A model generated the notes under the pieces. The model had not been told where the DNA came from and searched no databases. It saw only the letters and a list, made by a program, of their open reading frames with translations. Shown piece by piece: positions 30,256 through 40,406 of a DNA stretch of 64,000 nucleotides. This stretch comes from an uncultured Bacilli bacterium (GTDB lineage Bacteria; Bacillota_I; Bacilli_A; RF39; UBA660). The position numbers and the translations under genes are program-made. Position 1 is the first letter of the stretch. The number at the start of each line of letters is the position of its first letter. Location: the NCBI GenBank assembly GCA_947626095.1, contig CANQQV010000003.1, forward strand, positions 82,458 to 146,457, read 5' to 3'.

Positions 30256-31227
30256 TTATAAACTCCTGCTATATTCATTAGTTATATAAGCTTCCGTCAT
30301 TTTTCCATTTTCATCAGTACTAAACATCACAAAAGAAATCGCAAAGCTCGTAATTTTTTTATAATCACTTTTAGGAATTGTCAACGAAACTATTTTCTCA
30401 GCACCATGATAAATTTCTTCTTTTAAGCTCTTATAATCATATATTTTACCATTAATCATTAACTTCTTAATGGCAATGATTTGACTCTTACCTAAACTAG
30501 TATTCTTAAAATCAAAATATAAGTAAGAATTATCTTTATCTTCTAATAATTTATAATAGCTTATCTTAGTATTATTTTTATTATCTATTTCAATTAATCC
30601 TTTACGTGAATTATCTACATCAATTTTATTAGACGCATTCATTTCAAAAAGTTTAACTTCACTTTTCCCCTCACTGTCCAAAACTTTAAAATAAAGCGCT
30701 ATTCTTCCAAACGTAACAATATCTAATGCATCTAATTCCACTTGATTAATACGAATTGTTTGTGTAATACTCTCTAAAGGATTTAAACTTTTTGTAAAAG
30801 TTGTTGTTGTATCATATCCATCAACCAACACTTTTTCCAAAATAACTGTACGTGGATTATTAGTTGTTGAAAAAGTAATATCAGCATCAAAACCTAAATT
30901 AGATTTATGAAAATCAGAAAATTCTATCATATAATCAGCTGCCGTATAAAACTGCTGATCATTAAATACTGGAGCATCAAGTTTATTTTTTATTTTCGTT
31001 TCCTCTTTTTCTTCTTCTTTCTTTTTCTTATTCTCTATCTTTTCCTCGGTTTGCCAAGGCAAATTGAATTCAAAACTAATTCCATTACGTGAAAAATAAA
31101 AGACACTACCACCAATTAAAGCAAGCATAATGATTAAAATAATTATAATTCCCTTTTTATTAGTAGCTCTTTTTTCCATCTGTAAAAAGCCTTCATCATA
31201 TTCTTGATAATTATATCTATTTTTCAC
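30256..31227 (-). CDS. Hypothetical membrane-anchored protein with two tandem beta-sandwich-like domains
   Basis: GTG start, one TM helix, repeated pattern (EKVLVDGY / KKLMINGK). Confidence 0.65.
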   Translation of the reverse strand: MKNRYNYQEYDEGFLQMEKRATNKKGIIIILIIMLALIGGSVFYFSRNGISFEFNLPWQTEEKIENKKKKEEEKEETKIKNKLDAPVFNDQQFYTAADYMIEFSDFHKSNLGFDADITFSTTNNPRTVILEKVLVDGYDTTTTFTKSLNPLESITQTIRINQVELDALDIVTFGRIALYFKVLDSEGKSEVKLFEMNASNKIDVDNSRKGLIEIDNKNNTKISYYKLLEDKDNSYLYFDFKNTSLGKSQIIAIKKLMINGKIYDYKSLKEEIYHGAEKIVSLTIPKSDYKKITSFAISFVMFSTDENGKMTEAYITNEYSRSL

Positions 31228-31314
31228 AGTATCACACCCTACTATAAATATATTATATCACAAGCTTTAACAACTTATGGTACTTATTTAAAAAAGTAAG
31301 TTTTAAACTTACTT

Positions 31315-32886
31315 TTACATTTGATAAAAATTAATTCTTATATTGCGATTATGATCAGATAATAAAATTTCAATAAAATCATTTAATGATATTTCTAAAT
31401 GAAAACTATGACGATAATCTTTAGCGCTATAAGCATCAAAAACCATTAAAGAATTTTCACGATCATAGTCAAAATGACCAGTAATAATCGCTCTTTTAAT
31501 ATAATTCAATTTTGTCTTATTGATATTAGACTCATGTCTACTTTCATCTTTAGCATCATTCAATGCTTCACGGCGATACTTAATTTCCTTTACTAAATGC
31601 TCTAATTCTGCACAATCACGTGTAATTCCCACACTATTTTCATTTAATAATTTTAAATTACTCTTTGGTATTAAACGCATATTATTTAAACGTTTATTAA
31701 TACGTCGATTAACACCTACAACCTTTTTATTTAATTTCGATAAATCACTTATAATACTTTTATATTCAGGAGTTTCGTAATCAATAATGCTAGGTTTTAA
31801 CTCCCCTAAATCTAATTGTGAATAATTAAATAAACGCTGTAAATTATCTTCATCATATATGTAATTAATATAAAAATTAGATATGGCAAAAGCATTTAAA
31901 ATATCTCCACGCATTGTACTATCAAGAGCAAATACTTTACGACATTTATCTAAAGGATAATTTTCTTTATAAGCATGTACTAAACTTCTCAATAATTCAT
32001 AAGTATTTATTAAATGACGTTTATTTATATTAGCTTTGCTATTATAACACTTAAATGTTTCTAAAATAAACTCATCTAATACTTTATCATTATCATGTTC
32101 ATTATAAAGCTTTTCAATTGTTCCTTTATCTTCTTTATTAAAAAGAGCAATCTTTTTATTTATTGATAAACAAAAATGTTCCTTTGACAACTTACTATTA
32201 AGTTCCTGTAACTTCTTAAAATTATACCCTTCAATATTTGCTAACATATCAATTAAATATTTTACATCCTGATATGATAACAACTTATTATCTTTACGAC
32301 TTACTGTATATTCATATAACACTATATCCTTAATAAAAGTATTTAATGATTGACTTCTATCTTCAGGAATAGTTACCGTATAAAAAGAATATGAATTATG
32401 ATCTAACGCTAAATTAATATTATTATTTACTGAAGTAATTAGGAAATTAGCAAATTCAACTAACCATCCAGAATCTACAACAATACCATTATCAAACTTA
32501 ATAGTATTATTATAATTACATACATATTCACCATTAGCTAAAGCACTCATTAAATAATCTATTAAACTCTCTTCTGTTTTAATAGAAGGAACTTGCATTT
32601 TAAAATAACTAATACCTTTTACTTTATCCATATAATATTTAAGTTCTTTTTTATCTAACTTAGCATAATCATCCTTAGTTAAATGTTCACTATAATTCAT
32701 GATTTGTAAAGAAGTATATAATAAATCTAATGCAATATAATCAAAATCGGTAATAAATTTCAAATTCTTACTGCGATTATTTAAAATTTTTTCAATATAT
32801 AAACCTAAATATTCATTAGATTTAGTCATATTAATAAAAGTATTTAGCTTTGAAATATTTGCTACTAGCGCATTCCCCTTTTTCAT
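31315..32886 (-). CDS. Hypothetical protein, possible degenerate tandem HEPN-like domains with a coiled-coil insert
   Basis: Long ORF with its own promoter and terminator; LMSALANGEY and IKRAIITGHF resemble RNxxAHG motifs lacking the catalytic residues. Confidence 0.6.
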   Translation of the reverse strand: MKKGNALVANISKLNTFINMTKSNEYLGLYIEKILNNRSKNLKFITDFDYIALDLLYTSLQIMNYSEHLTKDDYAKLDKKELKYYMDKVKGISYFKMQVPSIKTEESLIDYLMSALANGEYVCNYNNTIKFDNGIVVDSGWLVEFANFLITSVNNNINLALDHNSYSFYTVTIPEDRSQSLNTFIKDIVLYEYTVSRKDNKLLSYQDVKYLIDMLANIEGYNFKKLQELNSKLSKEHFCLSINKKIALFNKEDKGTIEKLYNEHDNDKVLDEFILETFKCYNSKANINKRHLINTYELLRSLVHAYKENYPLDKCRKVFALDSTMRGDILNAFAISNFYINYIYDEDNLQRLFNYSQLDLGELKPSIIDYETPEYKSIISDLSKLNKKVVGVNRRINKRLNNMRLIPKSNLKLLNENSVGITRDCAELEHLVKEIKYRREALNDAKDESRHESNINKTKLNYIKRAIITGHFDYDRENSLMVFDAYSAKDYRHSFHLEISLNDFIEILLSDHNRNIRINFYQM

Positions 32887-32950
32887 ATTCTCACCTATTA
32901 TTTATTATAACATAGTAATTAAAAAGATTAAATAAAAATTATTTAATCTT

Positions 32951-35900
32951 TTATAATTTAAGTCCTTGACTAGGCTCTTCCATTCCAAAGTCATATTCTT
33001 CAACTAAATCAGTACGATTAGAATCAAGACTCTTTGATGCACGAATTTGTAGTTTATAATCTCTTAAATCAAAATTCTCTTTAGGCGTTTTAAATGCTAA
33101 ATCAATAGTATCATTATCTACAATAACTGTTTTACGACTACGATAATTATCTTTAGCTACTAACGCCAAACGACCATTTATCTTTCTAATTCTTTCATAC
33201 AAATCTCTTCTAAGTCTAATATTAACACCGTTCTTAATTGCTGTAATAGTCATCGAATCAACATCTTTAACAATTGCTTCATCTTTACTAACTTTAACTA
33301 CTTTACTATTAGGATTTAAGAAAATATGTGGTAACTTAACTTTTGCATTGTTATATTTCTTTTTATTAGAAACTGGCTCTGTTCCTATTATCGAAATAAA
33401 TTCAAAATCACTATTACTATCTAATGATGGAATAAATGGTGCTTTTACTCTACTAAATAAACCACTCAACAATTCATCATTCTGTTTAACTAAATCATCA
33501 ATACTATTTAAATCTAAATTATTAGTACTCATTTCATTAGACAATCTGTGAGAAATTGCTCTTCTAATAACCAAGATAAATCTAACTAATTCATTAATTC
33601 TTTTATTTAAAGAAGAATCATTTCTATCTAACAACTCTAAAACTTCATTCGCCGAAACACTAATCAATTGATTACTAAAGACTAAGTATTGATCAATTCT
33701 TGAATAATATTCGACATTGAGTAATTCTGAAGCCGAAGATACATCGCCTGCTAAGGAACGATTAAATTTCTTAACATAAGCTAAACGAAGATTTAGCAAA
33801 TCATTCTTATATCTTACAATATCATTTAAATTAGAATCAGCTTTTAGTTCACTATTTATAATATTATTAATAAACTTACTATCAGAAATTGATACCATAC
33901 CTGTTGATTCATAAAAACTATTAACAGCATTAACTTCTTTAACTTTAGTATTAACCTCATTAATTATTGCTAAATATAAACTATGATACTCTTCTACAGT
34001 TTCAGGAATAACTAAAGGTCTATAAGCAACAGATGTAAATACTGGCAATCTATCATTTTCTTCATTACCTGATCCACTAGGTAAATGTTCAGATCTTATA
34101 GATTTAGTCAAGTTCTTAGCAGCAATTAATTCATCACTAAGCATTTGACGTTTATAAGTCTTCATTCTTTCATTTGCAAATGTTATCGTTAAAACGTCAT
34201 CTTCAAAACTCATTTTAACCCCATTCTGCATATTTAACGGATTATTAATTAAAGTATTTAAATATTCACATAATACTCGATAATCATGCTGATAATCTTC
34301 AGTATTTAAATATTCTGCCGAAGCATTTCTTAAATTATTACATTCAGGCATGACATTCAATCTGGCTATATTAATAGCCAAATAGTTCATAATATAATCG
34401 CATAAATCTCGACCTAAAATATTATAAATCTCATTTTCAAATTGATTTTCATACCTTTGAATAATACTTTCTTTTTCAATTGTACTAAGCTCAGAATAAG
34501 CTGAATCAGTTAATAGCTTTGTAATATTAGCATCAGCTACATCCATACTTTCATGATCAAAAGTAAAATTAGTTAAATAATTTAATACTTCATCATAATA
34601 TATTTTAACAATTCTCTTCGCTTCAGCTTCAAATCTTTCCAACTGTTCATTTTTTACAGCAACAGTTAAGGCATCAAGATTACTTGAAGGTTCATCTAAC
34701 TTCTTTGGCTCTGCTAAATGTACACTAACTAAGTTTCTTTTATTAGGATCATCATCATCTAAACTATAAGGATAATTTGTCCAAATACGATAATCCCCTT
34801 CTGGGTTTAATACATTTTCTCTTAATTCATAAGAAAAACGTGCATCACTAATATTTCTTTCCACTTCTTCCAAACTATATTCTGGATGTTCCTTAGTCAT
34901 AACAGTTCTTAAAGCATCACAAATAGTTGCAATAGGAATATCACGTGTTGTTGCACCACGATACATTAAATCCTGTAATCTATCAAATAATCTATCAAAT
35001 GAAAAAACACGTTCTTCGACATTATAATCAGCATTATATCCCATTAATTCCAACATTCTTGGTATGTAAAATAATGGTGAATAATCAAAGCCATAAAATC
35101 TATTATAAGGACTAGCAGAATTAATAGCTAAACGTTGATAATCATCCCTAGAAATTACTAAACACTTAGGAATAGTTAAATATTCCACTGTATTTGAATT
35201 ATCAATATCCGTTTTACATCTCATTTTATTAAGTGGTGACATCCCAAAGAAATAAAATCTATATAAAGGATCATTTGTTGGATCAAAAGTACATAATTGA
35301 TCTAAATGATATTTATCATCTTTTAAACGAGCTATATTTTCTACGTGATTAACAGTACTATATCTAAAGCACTTAATATCACATCTTCTAAGCATTGCTG
35401 AAAATAAAGTAGCATAACCAACACAAACTATCGTACTCTTATCTAAAATTACACGATCTAAATCACGAGCATTTCGTGGTCGATTTTCATCTTCAGTATA
35501 AATATAATTTTCTCTTAAATAACATTGAGCAGAAAGCATAGCTTCTAATGGTGAATAATTGTTATCTTTTACTTTCTTTTCAAAAGTTTCAAGACTTTTT
35601 AAAACTTGAACATATCCTTTAGCACCAACAGTACCACTTCCTTCTAATTCAGAGCGATAACAAACATTACGACTATATGGTTCATGACAAGAATCATTAA
35701 TCAAATCTTGACATGTATGATAAATAACCATTATCTCATTTGGCATGCTTTCTAATTTAGCATAATCTTCACTATTATCATGTAAAGGATTACTTAAAAC
35801 ACTTATTTTTACTTTAGGATCAAGTCCTGCTTTAACAAACTTAGATAAAATATCACTATAGCCACTTTGATTATAAAACCTAATATTCAAACTAGCACTA

Positions 35901-36562
35901 TAATAAGGACTAATTTTCAAAACATCGTCTAAATGATTTTCCGTAACAATTTTTTTAACTTCTTCATCACTTAAATCTCTAGTTATAAAAAAATCACAAG
36001 TAGGACTATGATGAGTTTTTACATCTTTACTATCATTTCTCACAAAAAGATTATTTTCTTCATCAATCGGCATCTGCTCTACTCTAGCAACCGACTTGTT
36101 AGCGGCAATTTCTAGAAAATTTCCCCTCTTTAATTTATCATATGTTTCTTGATCAAGAACATAATCATCGCCCACTATTCTTAATGCAAAAGCATTAGCT
36201 TGGCTCTTCTTTATAAGTGCTTCAATAACTGCATCATTTTTTAAAAAACGATAATCAATTGCAAAAGTCGGACCAAATTGTGCTTCGTTAATAATATCAA
36301 TTAAATATTGTAAGACATATTGGTTTCTTTCAGATAATGAATCAAGTTCACCATAAAAACCACTACTATATCTAAAAGAAATAACTTGTCTACCTAAATC
36401 ATCATCTTCACTATTAATATAATTTCCAACAACTTGTACAGGATTATCTAAACTTTCTTCCGTAAATAAACATGAATCTAAAAAAGCTCTATCCATAGAA
36501 AAGCCATTAAATCCCCATAATGCACGATATGTTTGATCCAATGCTTCATAATCATAATCCAT
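32951..36562 (-). CDS. Large transglutaminase-like (papain-fold) domain protein, 1203 aa
   Basis: YSPLEA...Y...VCVGYATLFSAML...HVEN...FDPT gives a Cys-His-Asp triad; long helical C-terminal region; no signal peptide. Confidence 0.75.
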   Translation of the reverse strand: MDYDYEALDQTYRALWGFNGFSMDRAFLDSCLFTEESLDNPVQVVGNYINSEDDDLGRQVISFRYSSGFYGELDSLSERNQYVLQYLIDIINEAQFGPTFAIDYRFLKNDAVIEALIKKSQANAFALRIVGDDYVLDQETYDKLKRGNFLEIAANKSVARVEQMPIDEENNLFVRNDSKDVKTHHSPTCDFFITRDLSDEEVKKIVTENHLDDVLKISPYYSASLNIRFYNQSGYSDILSKFVKAGLDPKVKISVLSNPLHDNSEDYAKLESMPNEIMVIYHTCQDLINDSCHEPYSRNVCYRSELEGSGTVGAKGYVQVLKSLETFEKKVKDNNYSPLEAMLSAQCYLRENYIYTEDENRPRNARDLDRVILDKSTIVCVGYATLFSAMLRRCDIKCFRYSTVNHVENIARLKDDKYHLDQLCTFDPTNDPLYRFYFFGMSPLNKMRCKTDIDNSNTVEYLTIPKCLVISRDDYQRLAINSASPYNRFYGFDYSPLFYIPRMLELMGYNADYNVEERVFSFDRLFDRLQDLMYRGATTRDIPIATICDALRTVMTKEHPEYSLEEVERNISDARFSYELRENVLNPEGDYRIWTNYPYSLDDDDPNKRNLVSVHLAEPKKLDEPSSNLDALTVAVKNEQLERFEAEAKRIVKIYYDEVLNYLTNFTFDHESMDVADANITKLLTDSAYSELSTIEKESIIQRYENQFENEIYNILGRDLCDYIMNYLAINIARLNVMPECNNLRNASAEYLNTEDYQHDYRVLCEYLNTLINNPLNMQNGVKMSFEDDVLTITFANERMKTYKRQMLSDELIAAKNLTKSIRSEHLPSGSGNEENDRLPVFTSVAYRPLVIPETVEEYHSLYLAIINEVNTKVKEVNAVNSFYESTGMVSISDSKFINNIINSELKADSNLNDIVRYKNDLLNLRLAYVKKFNRSLAGDVSSASELLNVEYYSRIDQYLVFSNQLISVSANEVLELLDRNDSSLNKRINELVRFILVIRRAISHRLSNEMSTNNLDLNSIDDLVKQNDELLSGLFSRVKAPFIPSLDSNSDFEFISIIGTEPVSNKKKYNNAKVKLPHIFLNPNSKVVKVSKDEAIVKDVDSMTITAIKNGVNIRLRRDLYERIRKINGRLALVAKDNYRSRKTVIVDNDTIDLAFKTPKENFDLRDYKLQIRASKSLDSNRTDLVEEYDFGMEEPSQGLKL

Positions 36563-37002
36563 TATAAATCACCGCTTTCTAAAAATAAATTATCATCTAT
36601 CACATCAATACCATTTTGTATCAGCAATTCAGCAGTAATTCCATTACCATCAACCAAATTAGAACTAAACGTTCCATCATATATTTTACCATATCCACAA
36701 GACGGACTTTTAGCTTTCAAAATAGCTTTTTTAATTCCTAATAACTGACATAATCTTAAAGTTTCGTTAGCTCCTCTTACAAAATTATCCGTGACATCGA
36801 CACCTTTTTCATTAACTACCTTTCCATCTCTTACTTCAGCTGCCAATCTTGGTGTCGTAAGTCCACCAACAATTTCCGGGCAAAAAGGAATTATCTCCCT
36901 TCCTTTTAATTTAGTAACTAACTCTTCCTTATAATTATTCTTCCCATTATACTTGCAATTAACTCCTAATAAACAAGCACTTACTAATACTTTTTCTTTC
37001 AT
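36562..37002 (-). CDS. DUF523 / 2-thiouracil desulfurase (TudS-like) family protein
   Basis: LVSACLLG..CKY.G, CPE..GGL.TPR, LKAKSPSCG and GNGITA motifs. Confidence 0.92.
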   Translation of the reverse strand: MKEKVLVSACLLGVNCKYNGKNNYKEELVTKLKGREIIPFCPEIVGGLTTPRLAAEVRDGKVVNEKGVDVTDNFVRGANETLRLCQLLGIKKAILKAKSPSCGYGKIYDGTFSSNLVDGNGITAELLIQNGIDVIDDNLFLESGDL

Positions 37003-37011
37003 AAAAAACAA

Positions 37012-37473
37012 TTACAATCTAATTTCTTTTTTAATCATCTTTACTACCATTCTAAATAAAAGATAATATAAAAGAATCCATACAACAATTGACAAAGATA
37101 TTAATAAATACATCTCTTTTTGTATACACAATATAATATCTAAAATCATAATAGAAGATAATAAAGCAGCAAAAATACCTATTAAAGTATACTTACAAGT
37201 TCTATTAACATAAGAAATTCCCTTTTTCAATGTATTATTTATTTCACTATTATCATTACGACCAAATATCATTGATATTATAACAAAAACAATTTTAATA
37301 GCATTAACTACCGTTAAAACCACCAATAAAAATAATAATGGAATAGTAATAAACAAATAGAAAAAATGTAAATCAAACAAATACTTATAAATTACTACTA
37401 TTCCTGCTCCATAAAATGCAATACTCAAGATGTAAACTAATAAACTAAGTCCACGATGTTTTTCTAAATTCAT
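37012..37473 (-). CDS. Hypothetical four-TM membrane protein
   Basis: Four hydrophobic segments; GGTGA RBS. Confidence 0.7.
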   Translation of the reverse strand: MNLEKHRGLSLLVYILSIAFYGAGIVVIYKYLFDLHFFYLFITIPLLFLLVVLTVVNAIKIVFVIISMIFGRNDNSEINNTLKKGISYVNRTCKYTLIGIFAALLSSIMILDIILCIQKEMYLLISLSIVVWILLYYLLFRMVVKMIKKEIRL

Positions 37474-37519
37474 ATTATCACCCTATTTTATACTATATAA
37501 ATCTATTATAACATACTTT

Positions 37520-37975
37520 TTATAAATGTTTTATTAAAGATTCATATAAAATATCAACTATATAATTAGATGGTTCTAATTCGTACTTTTCTATCAACTC
37601 TTCAATAATTCGATCATTATACTCCGTATCTAAATATTTAAATACTGATTCTTTTTTATTTTCTAAATCAACTAAGTAATTTTCAGTATACAAATTATCA
37701 ATAATAAGCAAAGGTAATTCACCTACCCATTCTTTAAACGCCGTTAATATTTCTTTGGTACTATCTTTATATACAAATGACTCTTTATCATAATCAATTA
37801 ATTTTTTAAAATCATCTAAAGCAATTAAATCTTCACGTAAGCGATAATCAAATCGATCTAATAAATTTAAGCCCTTTAATTTAATCGCAGATAACTGAAT
37901 AATATCACCTTTTTCTTTCTTAATCGCTGTCGGAATTATTTCTAATATAATGTATTCATCTTTTAATAAATCCAT
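37520..37975 (-). CDS. Degenerate DnaQ/PolC-type 3'-5' exonuclease-fold protein
   Basis: YIILEIIPTA...GDIIQLSAIKL....DRF...F.EW.G aligns with YVVFDxETTG...DxIIEIxAVK, but the acidic ExoI motif is lost. Confidence 0.6.
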   Translation of the reverse strand: MDLLKDEYIILEIIPTAIKKEKGDIIQLSAIKLKGLNLLDRFDYRLREDLIALDDFKKLIDYDKESFVYKDSTKEILTAFKEWVGELPLLIIDNLYTENYLVDLENKKESVFKYLDTEYNDRIIEELIEKYELEPSNYIVDILYESLIKHL

Positions 37976-38068
37976 AAATTTCCACCTCATTTCCAATATT
38001 ATACTATAATTTTTAATTTAATTTTATCATAATATGTTTTATAATTATCTAGAAAGGTTGTGTATTCT

Positions 38069-38422
38069 ATGAATAAATTCTGTCCCAACTGTGGTAATGA
38101 AATTAGTGAAAATGCTCAATTCTGTACTAATTGTGGTGCCCAAATAAACGCTAATACACCAAATCAACCAACCACAAATAATGCACCCAAATCTAAATTA
38201 GTTGCTGGCCTACTAGGTATTGTATTAGGTTATATAGGAATTCACAATTTCTATTTAGGCTACACTGAAAAAGCAGTTGTCCAACTATTAGTTAGTTTAA
38301 TTGGTGGTCTTTTAACTTGTGGTGTCGCTACTATTGCTATTGAAATATGGGGTTTAGTCGAAGGAATTATGATTTTAACTGGTTCTATCAAAACCGATGC
38401 GGATGGTATTCCTTTAACTTAA
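38069..38422 (+). CDS. TM2-domain protein with N-terminal zinc ribbon
   Basis: FCPNCG...FCTNCG; KSKLVAGLLGI.LG..GIHNFYLGY; D..G..L. Confidence 0.9.
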   Translation: MNKFCPNCGNEISENAQFCTNCGAQINANTPNQPTTNNAPKSKLVAGLLGIVLGYIGIHNFYLGYTEKAVVQLLVSLIGGLLTCGVATIAIEIWGLVEGIMILTGSIKTDADGIPLT

Positions 38423-38428
38423 TCTATC

Positions 38429-38459
38429 AAAAAAGTACTCATAATTGAGTACTTTTTTT
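38429..38459. terminator. Bidirectional terminator
   Basis: AAAAAAGTACTC/GAGTACTTTTTT inverted repeat. Confidence 0.8.
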
Positions 38460-38681
38460 ATTTTAATCGACAATATTAAACATAATCCATAAAGAGTTCA
38501 TTCTATAATACCCTATATAGAAAGAACCTCTCTTTCTTATATTTATTTTTTTTAATTTTTTATTTTATTTTTTTCTGTATTTCACGTTGTCTAAATTAAA
38601 TAGCTATAAACTAATTCATATGTTATTAGTGATGGTATAGTTATGGACATATAAATTATCTATAAGTATTTAATTTAATCA

Positions 38682-39440
38682 TTACCAACTGCCTGACCAA
38701 TTGACAACAGCTGGTGCAATAGTGTCATAGTAGTCCTCGACACTTTTATCGTGTACGATTCCTGCCGTGTTAACACTAAGTTTCATGGCATTATTTTGCG
38801 TTATTTCTTTAGTAGCATGAGCATAATCTCCCACTGCTGTTTGGTTTTTAACTGTTGTTGAACTACTCTTTTCAGCATCAAAATAAAGACTTTGATATAA
38901 AGAAGTTATTTCAATCGTTGGTAACATAAAAATCGCCGCATGACCATGGTCACCATTAACTTCCGCATGCGTATTTATCGTCGTACAAGTTCCATTAGTA
39001 CGACAATAACTATTTTCTAAATATAAAAGTCCCGCTGGTTTAACCGTCGAATAATGGCCTATCGCAATAATATCATAACTACGCACTTTAGGAATATTTT
39101 TCCAAGTTAAATCTACAAAGTAACGAAAAGTCGTTCCATCCTTATACATTACTGTTCTTAAAGATTTATAATTAGTTTCAATATAACCTTCGCCATTTAA
39201 ATGATATAGGTCGTGGAGATCGACACTATCATATTCTTCTTTCGTTATTTCAGTTGTAAAAGAAGATAATTCTGGAAGAACACTGGCTGTAACCAACGAA
39301 TCATTTAAGATGCTAACTGTTTTGTAATACTTAACACTTTCACCAATGATGGTAAATCCATCAAAAGCTGGAACATCACGAGCCATAACCATTAAAGGTA
39401 AACTTAAGATAAGTATCCATAAAAACTTAATGTATTTCAT
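38682..39440 (-). CDS. Secreted hypothetical protein (beta-rich)
   Basis: Signal peptide MKYIKFLWILILSLPLMVMA; W...P.VRSYDII and YAHA motifs. Confidence 0.7.
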   Translation of the reverse strand: MKYIKFLWILILSLPLMVMARDVPAFDGFTIIGESVKYYKTVSILNDSLVTASVLPELSSFTTEITKEEYDSVDLHDLYHLNGEGYIETNYKSLRTVMYKDGTTFRYFVDLTWKNIPKVRSYDIIAIGHYSTVKPAGLLYLENSYCRTNGTCTTINTHAEVNGDHGHAAIFMLPTIEITSLYQSLYFDAEKSSSTTVKNQTAVGDYAHATKEITQNNAMKLSVNTAGIVHDKSVEDYYDTIAPAVVNWSGSW

Positions 39441-39545
39441 ATACTACACTTTTTCCTCCTTTCTACTTTTTCATCCTATCATATAAGCCTTTAAAAACTC
39501 TATTGCTCTTTTAGCGAATAACTCGTTATTTTAGCGAGTCCCATT

Positions 39546-40304
39546 CTAAAGGCTTTCTTCTAGGTAAATTTGATAATCTATTTCTTTAACAACTTTTTTC
39601 TCATTAAAATATAATAACGATATTTTTGTATTCTGAAATTCCTTTCCTTCTGCTAAAGATATATTTTGCGTTTCAATGTTATCAAAAATATAATCGCTTC
39701 CTTCAATTACAAGAGTATCATTCTCATTACTTTTATAAATCATAGTACTATCATTAGCAATTGTTATTTCTAAACCAATTGTATATTGTTTATCAGCTTT
39801 AGTCTTTTGAACATTAAATAAATGTAGTTTTTTAACAACTAACACATACTCGTTATTTTGTTCAAAAATATAACCTTCAATAATTAAATTATTATCACCA
39901 CTATTTATTTTATAAATATTTGGTTCATCAACTACCTGATCATTTTCTTTAGATTTAGGTTTAAGAAAAAACATAAAGGTTAAATTAACAAATAATAATA
40001 TTGCCAAAATAACTAAAAATACTTTAAATATAATTCCTTTCTTCTTAACTGGTGTTACTATATCAGTTTTTTCTTCTGTAATTACTTCGTTTCTTTTACC
40101 AGCAAGTAGTTCATCAGCTGTCACATCTAATACTTTACACAATTTGGGAATTATAACAACATCTGGTAAATATATACCTGTTTCCCATTTTGATATTGTT
40201 TTATCATCTATTCCTATTAGTTCACCTAATTCTCTTTGCGTTAATTTCTTTTCTAGCCTTAAATTCTTTATAAATTCACCAAGATTATTATTCACAATAA
40301 ACAA
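39546..40304 (-). CDS. XRE-family HTH regulator with TM helix and extracellular domain
   Basis: IKNLRLEKKLTQRELGE.IGI..KTISKWETG...PD...LC..LDVTADELL followed by a TM helix. Confidence 0.9.
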   Translation of the reverse strand: MFIVNNNLGEFIKNLRLEKKLTQRELGELIGIDDKTISKWETGIYLPDVVIIPKLCKVLDVTADELLAGKRNEVITEEKTDIVTPVKKKGIIFKVFLVILAILLFVNLTFMFFLKPKSKENDQVVDEPNIYKINSGDNNLIIEGYIFEQNNEYVLVVKKLHLFNVQKTKADKQYTIGLEITIANDSTMIYKSNENDTLVIEGSDYIFDNIETQNISLAEGKEFQNTKISLLYFNEKKVVKEIDYQIYLEESL

Positions 40305-40406
40305 CCCCTAAATAATTAACTGTATTATAATATGAAACATTTTATTAATTTATAAGTTATGGCTATTTTGGAAAAATAATAAACAAAAAAGTACTCTAAA
40401 CGAGTA

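Noticed and set aside
39546-40304. XRE regulator as a sign of a prophage
   Set aside because: It is a TM-tethered XRE type common in gut Firmicutes, and there are no integrase, terminase or structural genes nearby
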